This document shows positions 42,096 through 53,200 of a stretch of 64,000 nucleotides of DNA, one piece after another. A model generated the notes under the pieces. That model ran no database searches. It saw only the letters and a program-made list of their open reading frames with translations, and was not told the DNA's origin. The stretch is taken from positions 480,001 to 544,000 of the forward strand of contig CAVYTA010000006.1 of NCBI GenBank assembly GCA_963771355.1, read 5' to 3'. The position numbers and the translations under genes were made by a program. The stretch is from an uncultured Candidatus Rokubacteria bacterium. Lineage in GTDB: Bacteria; Methylomirabilota; Methylomirabilia; Rokubacteriales; CSP1-6. Each line of letters begins with the position of its first letter. The first letter of the stretch is position 1.

Positions 42096-43654
42096 TCACG
42101 AGACGCGCGCGCGCCGGCCCTGCCAGAAGGGCTCGCGCAGCACGCGCTTGAGGATCTTGCCGGAGCCGTTGCGGGGGATCTCCGCCACGAAGGACACCGA
42201 CCGCGGGATCTTGTAGCCGGCGAGCCGCTCCCGCGCAAAGGCGACGATTTCGTCCGGGGGAGGGGCGCTCCCATGGCGGGGCACCATCACCGCGTGGACG
42301 CTCTCGCCCCACTCCTCGCTGGGAATGCCGAAGACGGCGACGTCGGCGACGTCGGGATGCCGCTCCAGCGCGGCCTCGATCTCGGCCGGGTAGATGTTCA
42401 TGCCGCCCGAGATGATCATGTCGGACTTGCGGTCGCAGATGTAGTAGAAGCCGTCGGCGTCGCGGTAGGCGATGTCCCCCACGGTGGCGAAGCCCTCGCG
42501 GCGGGTGGCGGCGGTCTTGTCCTTCGCCTTGTAGTACGCCTCGAACACGTTCACGCTGCGCACGAACACCTCACCGGGCACGCCGGGCTCGGTCACCTCG
42601 GCGCCCGACTCGTCGTAGAGCCGGATCTCCACGCCCGGCACCGCGCGCCCGCAGGAGCCCGGCTTCCGGCGGTGGTCCGGCGGCGCGAGCACGGTGTCCA
42701 CGCCCAGCTCGGTGGAGCCATAGACCTCCCAGAGGGAGTCCTCGCCGAAGTCGCGCATGTAGGCTTCCTTCAGCGTCATGGACCAGGGGGCGGCATTGGC
42801 GATCATGCGCTGCATGCTCCGCACGTCGTAGCGCCGCTTGACCTCGTCCGGCAGCGCGCACACGAGCCGGATGGGCGCGGGAGCCGAGAAGGTCGTGCTC
42901 ACCCGGTACTTGGCCACGAGCCGCAGCCAGTCCTCCGGATCGAACCGGCGCTGGAGGATGGCGGTGCCGCCCATCCGGTGGTTGATGGCGAGATAGCCCA
43001 GCGGGCCCGAATGGTAGAGGGGCCCGGTGGTGAGGTAGATATCGTCGGGGCGATGGCCCACCAGCTCGAGCAGCGGGCGCGTGTGGGCGGGGTCGGTGGG
43101 GAGGCGCAGGGCGCCCTTGGGCCGCCCCGTGGTCCCGGACGTGTAGAGCATCGTGGACGGCGTGCCGGTGGGGATGTCCACCTCGGGCTCGGTGTCGTGG
43201 GCGCGAGCGAGCAGGGTCTCCGCGTCCAGCATGCCCGGCCCCGGCCGGCCCCCGAAGACGATCACGTGGCGGACGCGCGGGATGGTGGGCGGATGCGGGC
43301 GAAGAGGCCCGCCTGCTCCGCGTCCACGTACACCGCCACCGCGTCGGAGTTGTCCACGACGTAGGCGGTCTCCTCCGCGGTGAGGCGATAGTTCAGCGGC
43401 ACCGCGACTGCGCCGATCTTGGGGAGCGCGTGAATGGCCCGGATCGCGTCGAGGGAGTTCTGGCCGCACCAGACCACCTTCTCGCCCGGCGCCACCCCGA
43501 GTCCGAGGAAGAGATTCGCCAGTCGATTGGCCTGGCGGTTCAGCTCGGCGAAGCTCCACACCGTGACGGGCGCGCCGGGCCGATCGTCCACCACCGCCGG
43601 CTTGTCGCGGAGCGCGATCGCATGATCGGCCAGGTAGGACCGGGTGATGGGCAT
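42096..43654 (-). CDS. AMP-binding acyl-CoA synthetase (frameshift near 43290)
   Basis: YTSGTTGRPKG, GPLYHS, YGSTE, DRKSDMIISGG, GKILKR. Confidence 0.9.
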
Positions 43655-44409
43655 CAGCGATGGGCCTCGGCGTGGTCCTCGGGGACGAAGCCCAGCACCG
43701 TCCGCGCGTGCGTGAGGTCCCGGTAGCCCCAGCGATTGTCCGAGGTGGCGAAGAAGGCGCCGGAGCGGAGGTCGGCGGGGGCCGCGATGGCCCGCTCGAG
43801 GATCTGGACGACGTCACGCTGACTCAGCCAGACGGAGAAGTCGCGCGTGCTGCGGGGGCGATCCTCGGCGTTGACGCGGCCGATGCGGAGGCTGAGGATG
43901 GACAGGCCGTGCTCGTCGGCGTACTGGCGCGCGAGCGCCTCCCCGTACGCCTTGCTCACCCCGTAGAGCGCGGCGGGGCGGAGGGGCGTCTCGTGGGTGA
44001 GCATGGGCCAGCTCGTGAGCCCCGCGTAACGCCCGGCCACCAGCGACGCGTAGGGCTCCTCGCGCTCATAGCCGGTGACGGTGGCTCCGCTGGAGGCGAA
44101 GATCACGCGCTTGACGCCGGCGCGGCGGGCGGCCTCGAAGACATTGTAGGTGCCGATCAGGTTGTGGCGCAGCACGGACTCCCAGGGCTCGCCGCCCCCG
44201 GCCGCCGCGGCCAGGTGCACCACCACGTCGATGTCCCTGAAGGCCGGCTCGATGGCGCCGAGATCGGCGATGTCCCCGCGATGGCACGGCACGCCGGGAA
44301 TGTCGCGCCGGTTGAGCGCGCGGAGCGGGTACTGGCCCTCGAGCCGCTTGCGGAGCGCGCTCCCGATCAGACCGCTCATCCCGGTCACCAGGATGCGCGG
44401 CGCGGCCAC
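43654..44409 (-). CDS. NAD-dependent epimerase/dehydratase, uronate-dehydrogenase-like
   Basis: ILVTGMSGLIG, FASS, YGVSK, LRIG, WLSQRD; GTG start inferred. Confidence 0.85.
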   Translation of the reverse strand: MAAPRILVTGMSGLIGSALRKRLEGQYPLRALNRRDIPGVPCHRGDIADLGAIEPAFRDIDVVVHLAAAAGGGEPWESVLRHNLIGTYNVFEAARRAGVKRVIFASSGATVTGYEREEPYASLVAGRYAGLTSWPMLTHETPLRPAALYGVSKAYGEALARQYADEHGLSILSLRIGRVNAEDRPRSTRDFSVWLSQRDVVQILERAIAAPADLRSGAFFATSDNRWGYRDLTHARTVLGFVPEDHAEAHR

Positions 44410-44417
44410 CGGCGCGC

Positions 44418-45584
44418 TCAGACCGCCACCCGGACGCTCTCGACCCAGTCTCGCCGCAAGGTGAGACCGAGCCCGGGTCCGGTGGGGGCAAGGACATGGC
44501 CGTCCTCGAAGGCGATCTCCTCCTCGACCAGCTCGTTGAGCAGGGGATTGTGGCCGCGGGAGAACTCGATGATGGTGGCGCAGGGCGTGGAGACGCAGAG
44601 ATGGAGCCCGGTGGCGAAGAGGATGGCCGAGCCCCAGAGATGCGGCGCCACCGTGACGCTGTGGCTGGCCGCCAGCGCGGCGATGCGCTGCACCTCGGTG
44701 AGGCCGCCGGCGATGGCGGGATCGGGCTGGAGCACGTCCACCGCGCGGGCCTCCAGCATCTCGCGGAACGCGAAGCGCGTCTGCTCGCTCTCGCCCGCCG
44801 CGATGGGGATGTCGGTGGCGCGGCGGACCTCGGCCTGTCCGGAGAGATTGTCCGGCGACACCGGCTCTTCGAGCCAGCGCAGATCGTGTGCTTCGACCTT
44901 GCGGGCGAAGCGCTGAGCCTCGCGCACGCTCCAGGTGCCGTGGGCGTCCACCATGATGCCGACGTCGGGCCCGAGCGTCTCGCGCACCTCCGCCACGCGC
45001 GCGGCGGAATCGTCCACGCTCGCGTCCTGGAGACCCACCCGCAGCTTCACCGCGCGGTGGCCGCGCTCGACGTACTGCAGCATCTGCTTGCCGATGCTCC
45101 CCACCTTCGCCCAGCCGCCGGAGGCATAGGCGGGCACGCGGTCGCGATAGCGGCCACCCAGCAGCCGCCACACCGGCACCCCGAGCGAGCGGCCGAGTAT
45201 GTCCCACAGGGCGATGTCCACGCCGGCGATGGCCGAGAGCGTGATCCCGCGGCGCCCGATGGTGGGGAAGGTCCGGCCCTCGCGCACGGCGTAGTGGGCG
45301 CGGCTGCCGTTGTAGAGGAGCTCCCAGGCGCCGGTGATGTCCAGCGGGTCGCGGCCGACCAGCAGCGGGGCGAACTCTTCCCGGATGAGGGTCACGATGG
45401 CCGAATAGTTGCCGAGGTTGCCGACGGCGGCCTTGGCCTCGCCCAGTCCCGTGATGCCGTCATCGGTGTCGATCTCGACGAGGCACATGTTGAAGGAATC
45501 ATTGCGCCCGAAGTCGCTCACATGGACGGCCGACGGAGGGATCGGAGCGCGGAGCCAGGAGGCACGGACGGCGGTGATTCGCAT
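44418..45584 (-). CDS. Mandelate racemase/muconate lactonizing enzyme family protein
   Basis: IALWDILG, KLR, DAH/EEP/GE metal ligands, PGLG. Confidence 0.92.
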   Translation of the reverse strand: MRITAVRASWLRAPIPPSAVHVSDFGRNDSFNMCLVEIDTDDGITGLGEAKAAVGNLGNYSAIVTLIREEFAPLLVGRDPLDITGAWELLYNGSRAHYAVREGRTFPTIGRRGITLSAIAGVDIALWDILGRSLGVPVWRLLGGRYRDRVPAYASGGWAKVGSIGKQMLQYVERGHRAVKLRVGLQDASVDDSAARVAEVRETLGPDVGIMVDAHGTWSVREAQRFARKVEAHDLRWLEEPVSPDNLSGQAEVRRATDIPIAAGESEQTRFAFREMLEARAVDVLQPDPAIAGGLTEVQRIAALAASHSVTVAPHLWGSAILFATGLHLCVSTPCATIIEFSRGHNPLLNELVEEEIAFEDGHVLAPTGPGLGLTLRRDWVESVRVAV

Positions 45585-45602
45585 GGTGGATCGGGTTCGA
45601 CG

Positions 45603-45631
45603 AGACTAGCCGGGGGCCCCCGCCAAGTCAA
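45603..45631 (-). promoter_or_regulatory. sigma70-type promoter for the 45584-38700 operon
   Basis: TTGACT-17nt-TAGTCT. Confidence 0.6.
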
Positions 45632-45646
45632 GGTGCCGGGCGACTA

Positions 45647-46199
45647 GGTAGTGTCTCAGTTTGGGCCAAGCCAAGCTAGGATTCCCGCTGGAGCAGGAAA
45701 ACGCCGGTAGCGATGAGACCGACCGCTAGAAGCTTCGTCCAAGTAAACGGCTCCCGTAGAACCATGAACCCGACCAACAACACGAGCGCGGTCGATGTGC
45801 CGCTGATCATGAATGATGAGGTCACCTTTAGCCCGCTGGCATAGGCTGACAAGGTGAAGAGGTCGGCACAGGCGGCGGCCAGCCCAACGATGATGACCAA
45901 ATAGACGCTCTGGGTTGTAAAGGTCACCGGAGAGCCGGTCGCCTTCATCGTCAGTGTCAAAGCCAAATTCGCGAGGAAAGCCACTCCCGTGATGATGGTT
46001 GCGCCTAGTGCCGGATGAATCCCTGGGGATGCGAGCCGGAGGAAGATCGAATAGGCGGCCATCGAGACGCCAGCGAAGAGCGCAAGCATAGTGTAGTGCG
46101 CCATGCGTTTGGGACACTCCTATCAGCCGCCGACTCCGCCAGCGCGGCGACTTCTTCGAGGCTCCACACGTGATCGGCAATCCCCGCCTCCATGGCCGG
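45647..46199 (-). mobile_element. IS1-family remnant: transposase C-terminus, passenger gene and terminal inverted repeat
   Basis: PAMEAGIADHVWSLEEVAAL at about 46141-46199; GGTAGTGTCTCAGTTTG at 45647-45663; visibly lower-GC interior. Confidence 0.65.
45676..46104 (-). CDS. EamA/DMT-family small membrane transporter
   Basis: Five hydrophobic helices, LREPFTWTKLLAVGLI..GV end; RBS AGGAG. Confidence 0.8.
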   Translation of the reverse strand: MAHYTMLALFAGVSMAAYSIFLRLASPGIHPALGATIITGVAFLANLALTLTMKATGSPVTFTTQSVYLVIIVGLAAACADLFTLSAYASGLKVTSSFMISGTSTALVLLVGFMVLREPFTWTKLLAVGLIATGVFLLQRES

Positions 46200-46202
46200 G
46201 AT

Positions 46203-46724
46203 CTAGGGGTCGCGCCGGGGGGCCGTCACCAGCGCGATCACGCCGGCCACCGTCAGCAGGGCTCCCACCGCCGAGGCCGCCACGACCACGGGTAGGGCGG
46301 CGCCGCGAAGCGCGAGGGCGAGCGCTTGCCCTCCCACCGTGACGAGGGCGGCGCCGACCATGCCGAGCGCGACGATGGCCAGCCAGTGACGCGCCTGGGA
46401 GCGAAAGACCGGGTAGCCGACGGCGGCGCCCCGTGTGAGGCTCGCGACATGAGTGCTCGCCAGCAGGAGAACCAGTCCGCCGCCGAGGGCGGTCGCCGTG
46501 ATGGGATCGTGGTCCGGCCGAGCGACCACGAGCGCGAGGGCGTACTCGATGAGTGCGAGCGCCCCGCCGGCGGTGGCCAGCGGCACGGAAGCCGCGATCG
46601 CTCCGACCCCGCCCACGAGGAGGGTCAGCGCGGCGAGCGCGCCGAGAAAGGGTGACGGAAGAATCGTCAGCGGAAGCCCCGCGAGCACCGCCATGAGCGC
46701 CACCGCCGTGAGACGCAGCGTCAC
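46203..46724 (-). CDS. Hypothetical integral membrane protein
   Basis: Highly hydrophobic; GTGA-coupled to the DUF58 gene. Confidence 0.75.
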   Translation of the reverse strand: MTLRLTAVALMAVLAGLPLTILPSPFLGALAALTLLVGGVGAIAASVPLATAGGALALIEYALALVVARPDHDPITATALGGGLVLLLASTHVASLTRGAAVGYPVFRSQARHWLAIVALGMVGAALVTVGGQALALALRGAALPVVVAASAVGALLTVAGVIALVTAPRRDP

Positions 46725-48004
46725 GCGCGGACCCCGCGGAGCCGCGGGCGGTGCCAGCCGGCCAGCGCCGCCTCGAGGGGCACGACGCCGTCCCAGTCGA
46801 CGACGGTCAATCCGTCGCGCCGGAGCTCATCGAGGTAGGCTCGGCGCTCCAGCGCCCAGAGTCGCGCGGCCACGTCGGCCACGGGGCCGCCGCCCCGCAA
46901 GAGGGCGCGCCCCGCCGCGACGGGGGACACGGCGACCAGGACCAGGTCGAAGCCGCGCGCGGCGAGATCGGTCGCGGCCTTCACGAAGCGCCCATCGAGC
47001 AGCGGGCTCAGGGCGATGACCAGGGCCTGGGGCGGCAGGACGCGCGGCGGGATCATCTCGAGGTCCCGCGCCACGTACGTGAACACGACCGACGCCCGCG
47101 CCAGCGTGTCCAGCAGGCGGTCCCACTGCGCGCGGCCGGCGCGGGGGCGCACCTGTCGCAGGATGCCGCCGTACTCGATCAGCCCGACGCGGTCCCTCCG
47201 GGTGAGGTAGGCGGCGGCGAGGGACGCCGCTCCGCGAACGGCGCGATCGAGGGTCGAGTTCCCCGCCGGCCCGAGGTCGGCCAGCGTGTCGAGGAGGAGG
47301 ACGACGGCGGCGTTCCGCTCCTGGTGGTGCTGTGTCACGTGCAGGACGCCGAGGCGGAGCGTGGCGCGCCAGTTCACGTGGCGGATCTGGTCGCCCGGCG
47401 CGAACGGGCGAATATCCCCGGGCTCGAGGCCTTCGCCCTGCGCCGGCGAGACATGATTGCCGACGAAGGCCTGGGTCCGCCGGGGGCGGGGCGGGCGCCG
47501 GAACGGCGTGACGTGCGGGTAGACCGCCACCTCGGCGCGCGGCTCCTGATGGCGGGTCTCGGCGGCGGCGAGACCGAGCGGCTCCCAGAGCCGGAGATGG
47601 AGATCGGCGAGCCGCAGCTGCTGGCGGCCGGCGCACGCGAGCTCGAACGTCCAGCACACCTCCTCATCGGGGCCGAGGCTGAAGAACGCATGGTGGCTTC
47701 CGCGCGCGGCCCAGACATGGGGCGGCAGGGGCTGCAGCAGCTCCACCAGCGCCAGGGGCTCCCGGGCCCGGAGGGTCACGGTGACGGTCACGCGCTCGCC
47801 CTCGACCAGACGTTCCGCGGACACCTGGCGGCTGATCTGCCACGTCTCGGTGGGCGCCTTCGCGCGCCGCCCGGCGGCGAGCACGACGACCAGGGGCACC
47901 GCCACGAGCATGAGCTCGGCCCGGCCGGTGAGAACGCCGAGGAAGAGAGCCCAGCCGACGAGCGTGACGAAGGAGAGGTTCAGGGCGGTCGGATGGGAGC
48001 TCAT
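46721..48004 (-). CDS. DUF58 domain protein
   Basis: Start MSSHPTAL; IRPFAPGDQIRHVNWRAT, DRVGLI, LSPLLD. Confidence 0.9.
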   Translation of the reverse strand: MSSHPTALNLSFVTLVGWALFLGVLTGRAELMLVAVPLVVVLAAGRRAKAPTETWQISRQVSAERLVEGERVTVTVTLRAREPLALVELLQPLPPHVWAARGSHHAFFSLGPDEEVCWTFELACAGRQQLRLADLHLRLWEPLGLAAAETRHQEPRAEVAVYPHVTPFRRPPRPRRTQAFVGNHVSPAQGEGLEPGDIRPFAPGDQIRHVNWRATLRLGVLHVTQHHQERNAAVVLLLDTLADLGPAGNSTLDRAVRGAASLAAAYLTRRDRVGLIEYGGILRQVRPRAGRAQWDRLLDTLARASVVFTYVARDLEMIPPRVLPPQALVIALSPLLDGRFVKAATDLAARGFDLVLVAVSPVAAGRALLRGGGPVADVAARLWALERRAYLDELRRDGLTVVDWDGVVPLEAALAGWHRPRLRGVRA

Positions 48005-48957
48005 GACGGCTCGGTCACCGGCGCGGGCACCTGATGGAGCAGGCTCTCCACTACCTGGGTGGGCGTGATCCGCGAAACCCACAGCTCCGGCCGCAGCACG
48101 AGACGATGCGCGAGCGCGGGCACCGCCATGGCTTTCACGTCGTCGGGCAGCACGAACTCCCGGCCGCGCAGCGCCGCCTCTGCGCGGGCGAGCTTCAGCA
48201 GGGCGAGGGTCCCCCGCGGCGACGCGCCGAGGGCCACCCGGGCGTCGGCGCGCGTCGCCTGCGCGAGGGCCACGATGTAGCCCTCGAGGGCGTCGCTGAC
48301 GAAGACGTCCTCCAGCGCCCCTTGCATGGCGAGCAGCTCCGACCGCGAGACGATGGTGGGGACCGTCGCCGCGTCCGTGCGCCGCTCTCGCCGGCGCCGG
48401 AGGATCGCGCGCTCGGTGTCGGCATCGGGATAGCCGACGCTGACCCGCATCAGGAAGCGGTCGAGCTGGGCCTCCGGCAGCGGGTAGGTGCCTTCCAGCT
48501 CGATCGGGTTCTGGGTGGCCAGCACGAGAAAGGGCGGCGGCAGGGGAAAGGTCTGGCCTTCGACCGTCACCTGCGCCTCCTGCATCGACTCCAGCAGCGC
48601 CGCCTGCGTCTTCGGCGTGGCCCGGTTGATCTCATCGGCGAGGAGGAGGTTGGTGAACACCGGCCCGGCCCGGAACTCGAACCGGCCGCGGGACTGGTCG
48701 TAGAGGAAGCTGCCGGTGATGTCGCTGGGGAGGAGATCGGGGGTGAACTGGATGCGCCGGAACCCCAGGTCGAGCGCCTGGGCCAGGAGGCGCGCGATGA
48801 GGGTCTTCGCGAGACCGGGGTAATCCTCGATGAGCACGTGCCCGTTGGCGAGGATGCCGGCGAAGATGCGCTCGATCACCTCGTCCTTGCCCATGACGAT
48901 GCGCCCGAGGGTCGACACCACCTCGAGAGCCCGCTCGGAGATGGCGCCGACCTTCAC
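48001..48957 (-). CDS. MoxR-family AAA+ ATPase
   Basis: GTG start VKVGAIS; GHVLIEDYPGLAKT, RIQFTPDLLPSD, ADEINRA, GTYPLPEAQLDRF. Confidence 0.95.
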   Translation of the reverse strand: MKVGAISERALEVVSTLGRIVMGKDEVIERIFAGILANGHVLIEDYPGLAKTLIARLLAQALDLGFRRIQFTPDLLPSDITGSFLYDQSRGRFEFRAGPVFTNLLLADEINRATPKTQAALLESMQEAQVTVEGQTFPLPPPFLVLATQNPIELEGTYPLPEAQLDRFLMRVSVGYPDADTERAILRRRRERRTDAATVPTIVSRSELLAMQGALEDVFVSDALEGYIVALAQATRADARVALGASPRGTLALLKLARAEAALRGREFVLPDDVKAMAVPALAHRLVLRPELWVSRITPTQVVESLLHQVPAPVTEPS

Positions 48958-49403
48958 CGCTCGTCCTCGATGGTGGCGATGATCTCGCGGACACTGCCCA
49001 GGCTGGGGCCCCGCGCTCGGCGCAGCGGCGGGGGAACGAGGGGGCGCGCGGCCAGCGCGGTCAGCCGCGGCCACAGGACCCGTTCGAAGTGACGCCGGCT
49101 ACGGAGGCCGGCGCGCACGCTGGCAGTGAGCTCGAGCAGGCGGTGCGGGGCGCCGGGCTCGACGAGAGGAGGAATCCGCGCGGCATCGAGCGCGGATGGT
49201 CCGTGGCGCGCGAGCCGGCCGGCAAGGAATCCCCGCAGCTCCAGCAGCGCCGTGCCGAGCACCAGCGCCGCGGCGAGGCGAGGGACGAGCGCGCGCCAAT
49301 GCGGCTCCAGGTACACATAGACGGGCACCGCGACGAGGAGCACGACGCCCACCAGCGCCGCGTAACGAAGGGACGTCGCCAGGGGGCGGGGCTCAGCGCG
49401 CAT
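48954..49403 (-). CDS. Hypothetical membrane protein of the MoxR module
   Basis: Two N-terminal TM segments; overlaps both neighbours. Confidence 0.7.
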   Translation of the reverse strand: MRAEPRPLATSLRYAALVGVVLLVAVPVYVYLEPHWRALVPRLAAALVLGTALLELRGFLAGRLARHGPSALDAARIPPLVEPGAPHRLLELTASVRAGLRSRRHFERVLWPRLTALAARPLVPPPLRRARGPSLGSVREIIATIEDER

Positions 49404-50277
49404 GCGTCGGGTCCGTCTCGAGCGCGGTCTTCACCTCGTCGAGGCAGTCGCAGGCGGCAGCGCGCGCGTCGGCGCCCAGGGGCCGCTCGCTGAATCTCGC
49501 CAGCTCGAAGAGCGAGGTGAGGCGCTGCACAGGCGCCGAAGGCATCGACGCCTCGGCGAGCACGGACCGCATGAACTCCGCCGGCGTCTGCCACGCCGGG
49601 CGTGGCATGCGGGCGGCGGAAAGCGCGAGCTCGAAGCGCCGATACGCGCGGATGATGGCCGCGCGTGCGTCCGGCTCGGTGCGGAGGTCGTCCAGGCTCT
49701 CCGCGACGGCGACGTCGAGCCGTGAGCCGGTCGCGCCACGCGCGGGGCCGTCCCACCAGCGCACGATGCGCTCGGCGAAGACCACCAGGACCATCAAGGC
49801 AAAGGTGCCGAACGCCAGCAGCAGCGCGAGCCCGGCCACCGCGTAGTCGAAGGCCGGGACCGACGTCGGCGCCTTGCGCGCCTGCGCCAGGAGCTCCAGG
49901 AGCCCGGCGATGGCGGCGAGGGGTGCTTCCAGGGGGTGGGCCGCGCCGGGGGCCCAGCGCGTCCAGGCCAGATAGATGAGCAAGATCATGAGCAGGAGGA
50001 TCGGCAGGGATGCGAGCACCGCGGAGGGGCGGGGCGGGCGCCCGGTCTTGCCGGCGTCGGCCTCGTCCTCGGTGGGGCGCCGGGGCCGTTGCACGGAGAG
50101 CAGCAGGAGCAGGGACAGCGCGGAAAGCCCCAGCACGATCATCCAGACCACTTCGGGCAAGCGGAGCAAGAGGCTCGCCCCGGGCGCGGCGGTCGGCGCG
50201 GGGGATGGGCCGACGGTGGCGGCCATCGCGAGCACGAGGCCGGCGCCCACCATCGCGCCCGCGCGGAGCCGGCTCAC
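49393..50277 (-). CDS. DUF4129 domain membrane protein
   Basis: AAIIRAYRRFE, TPAEF, LTSLFELARFS. Confidence 0.85.
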   Translation of the reverse strand: MSRLRAGAMVGAGLVLAMAATVGPSPAPTAAPGASLLLRLPEVVWMIVLGLSALSLLLLLSVQRPRRPTEDEADAGKTGRPPRPSAVLASLPILLLMILLIYLAWTRWAPGAAHPLEAPLAAIAGLLELLAQARKAPTSVPAFDYAVAGLALLLAFGTFALMVLVVFAERIVRWWDGPARGATGSRLDVAVAESLDDLRTEPDARAAIIRAYRRFELALSAARMPRPAWQTPAEFMRSVLAEASMPSAPVQRLTSLFELARFSERPLGADARAAACDCLDEVKTALETDPTHAR

Positions 50278-53200
50278 GGGCGCCTCCTCACGTCCGCCTC
50301 GGCCTGCTCCAGCCAGAACCGCATGCCCATCTCGGCGTACATCGTCGTCGCGGTGTCGAGGTACGCGTGCGCCTGCTCGCGCCTGCCCGCGCGCCGGTAG
50401 AGCGTGCCGAGGCCCAGGTGGCAGTGAGCGACGAGCGGGCGCATGCCGAGCCCGTCGGCGAGCGCCAGCGCCTCGCGATAGTAGCCTTCGGCGTCCTCGG
50501 CGCTGCCCGTCGACGCGACGTCACCGGCGAGGCAGAGGGCTTGAGCCTCGTTTGCCCGGGCTCCCAGGCGCCGGCTGACCTCCACCGCCTCACGAGCGTG
50601 GCGGGCGGCCTCGTCGATCAGTCCGGCGGCATGATAGGTCGTTCCCGCGTAGAGAAGAATCTGCGCCGCCCACCGATAGCTCTGGCTGGCGCGGGACTCC
50701 TCGACCGCACCCGCGACCAGCGGGAGCGCCTCCTCCGTCCGGCCGGCGAGGGCGTGGGCGGCGCCGAGAGCCGCGGCGGCGGCCGCGCTTCCCGCGAAGA
50801 GCTGCCAGGTCCGGCACAGGTCGAGACTCCGCTCGAGAACCTGCGTGGCGCGGGGGAGATCCCCGCGACGGAGGTGGACGAGCCCCAGCTCGAACAAGCC
50901 CCAGTACAGGGACAGGGGATGATCCGCCGCCTCGGCGATGCGAATGGCAGCGTCGCCGTGCCCGCCGGCCTCGTCGAACCGGCCGAGCTGGGAGAGCGCG
51001 TCGGCGAGGAGTGCTCTCGAGAGCGCCGGCTGGATGACGGGCGCCCCGAAGCGCTGGTCCTGCACGTCACTCTTGAGCTCGAGGTTCCGCTCGAGGAGCG
51101 CGATCGCGTCCCCGAGCTCGCCCCGGGTGACGTGCGCCATGCCGAGAAAGGTCGTCGCCACCACCTGGATCGAGGTTTCCCCGAGGGCTTCCCCGATGCT
51201 CAGGGCCTCCTGCCCGAATCTGACCGCCTCGTCGTAGTCGCCGCTACCCAGGCACTGGACCACCATGAAGGTGGCGATTCGCCCGAGCCGGTGCTGATCG
51301 CCGAGCGTTCTGGCGAGCCCCTCCGCCGCGTTGAGATGGTCCACCATGCGTGTGCGCTCGCCGAGGGGGAGCAGCGCGTTCCGGAGGTCGATGCGGATGT
51401 CGATGGTCAGCTCGGCCGTCTCCCTCGTCTCCGGAAGGTGGCGAAGGGCCGCGAGCGCCTGTTCCAGGTGAGCGACGGCCTCGCGGTTGGCCGCCCGCTC
51501 CATGGCCCGATGCCCGGCCTGGCGGAGATACGCGACCGCCCTGTCCCAGAGCTCCCCGCGCAGGGCGTGATGGCCCAGCCGTACCGCCTGCTCGGCCACG
51601 CGCTCGGGCGCGAGCCGCTCGATGGCCTCGGTGATCCGGACGTGCAGGGCGCGCTGCCGGTCGTGGAGCAGCCCCCCGTAGGCGACTTCGTGGGTGAGCG
51701 CGTGCTTGAACGTGTACTCGAGGTCGGGAAAGAGCCGGGTCTCGTAGAGGAACTCGGCGGCCTGGAGGCGGGTGAGCGCGGCGCGCACCTCGTCCTCCGG
51801 CGCCTCGGCGATGGCCAGGAGCAGCGGCATCGGCACGTCCTTGCCGATGACGGCGGCCGCCTGGAGCAGGCGCTTGGCCTCGGGCGCCAGGCGATCGATG
51901 CGCGCGGCCAGGATGGCCTGGACGGTGGCCGGGATCCTCAGCTCCTCGACGGGCCGGGTGAGCCGATACGCGCCGCGCTCGCCGCCCAGCACGCCGGTCT
52001 CCACCAGGGCCCGCACGCTCTCCTCCAGGAAGAGAGGGTTCGCTTCCGTTCGCTCGATGAGGAGCCGCTTGAGCGGGCCGAGCGCCGTGTCGCGGCCGAG
52101 GAGCGCATCGAGCAGCTCATCGGCGCTCTCGGGGGCCAGCGGATCGATCCGGAGCTGGCGGTAGTAGGTCTTCCCGCCCCAGCCGTGGCGATACTCGGGC
52201 CGGTAGTTGACGAGGAGCAAGAGGCGCGTCGCGGGCAGGCTGTCGACGAGGCTGTCGAGCAAGGTCTGGGTCTCGCCGTCGATCCAGTGCAGGTCCTCGA
52301 AGACCACCACCAGCGGCTGGACCTCGCTCTCGCGCAGCAGTAGATGCTTCACCGCGTCGAGCGTCCGCTGGCGCCGCTGGCTCGGGTCGAGAGCGTGCCA
52401 GGACGCCTCGTCCACGGGCACGTCGAAGAGGGCCAGGAAGGCGGGGAGGGCGGGCGAGAGCGAGGGGGCGAGCGTCAGCACTTTCCCCGTGACCTTTTCC
52501 CGGATCTTCCGCGGATCATCGCGGCTCTCGATCGCGAGGTAGCTGCGCAGCAGCTCGATCACGGGCAGGTAGGCGGTGGCCTTGCCGTAGGAGACCGAGG
52601 CGGACTGCAAGACGAGCCAGCCGTGCACGCGATGGGAGTGGACGAGCTCCCAGTAGAGACGCGACTTGCCCACGCCCGGGTCGCCGACCACGGCGACCAC
52701 CTGGCCATGTCCCTGGCTCGCCCGGTCGAGGGCGTCGCGGAGCTGCTCCAGCTCGGCGGTCCGGCCGACGAAGCGCGTGAGCCCCCGCCGCGCCGCGGCC
52801 TCGAGCCGGGTGCGGGCGGCGCCGGCCCCCGCCAGCTCGAACACCTCGACCGGGTCGGCGAGCCCCTTGATCGGCACCGGGCCGAGCGGGGTGACCTGGA
52901 CGAAGCCCTCGGCCAGGCGCAGCGTCCCGGCGGTGAGCCGGATGCTGCCCGGCGCCGCGAGCTGCTCCATGCGGGCCGCCAGGTTCGTGGTCTGGCCCAC
53001 CGCGGAGTAGTCCATGCGGAGGTCGCTGCCGATCGAGCGCACCACGACGTCACCGGAGTTGAGGCCGACGCGGATCTGCATCTCCACGCCCTGCGCTCGG
53101 CGCAGCTCGTCCGAGTAGTGCCGCACGGCCTCCTGCATCCGGAGCGCGGCATAGCACGCGCGCACCGCGTGGTCTTCATGGGCCAGCGGCGCGCCGAAGA

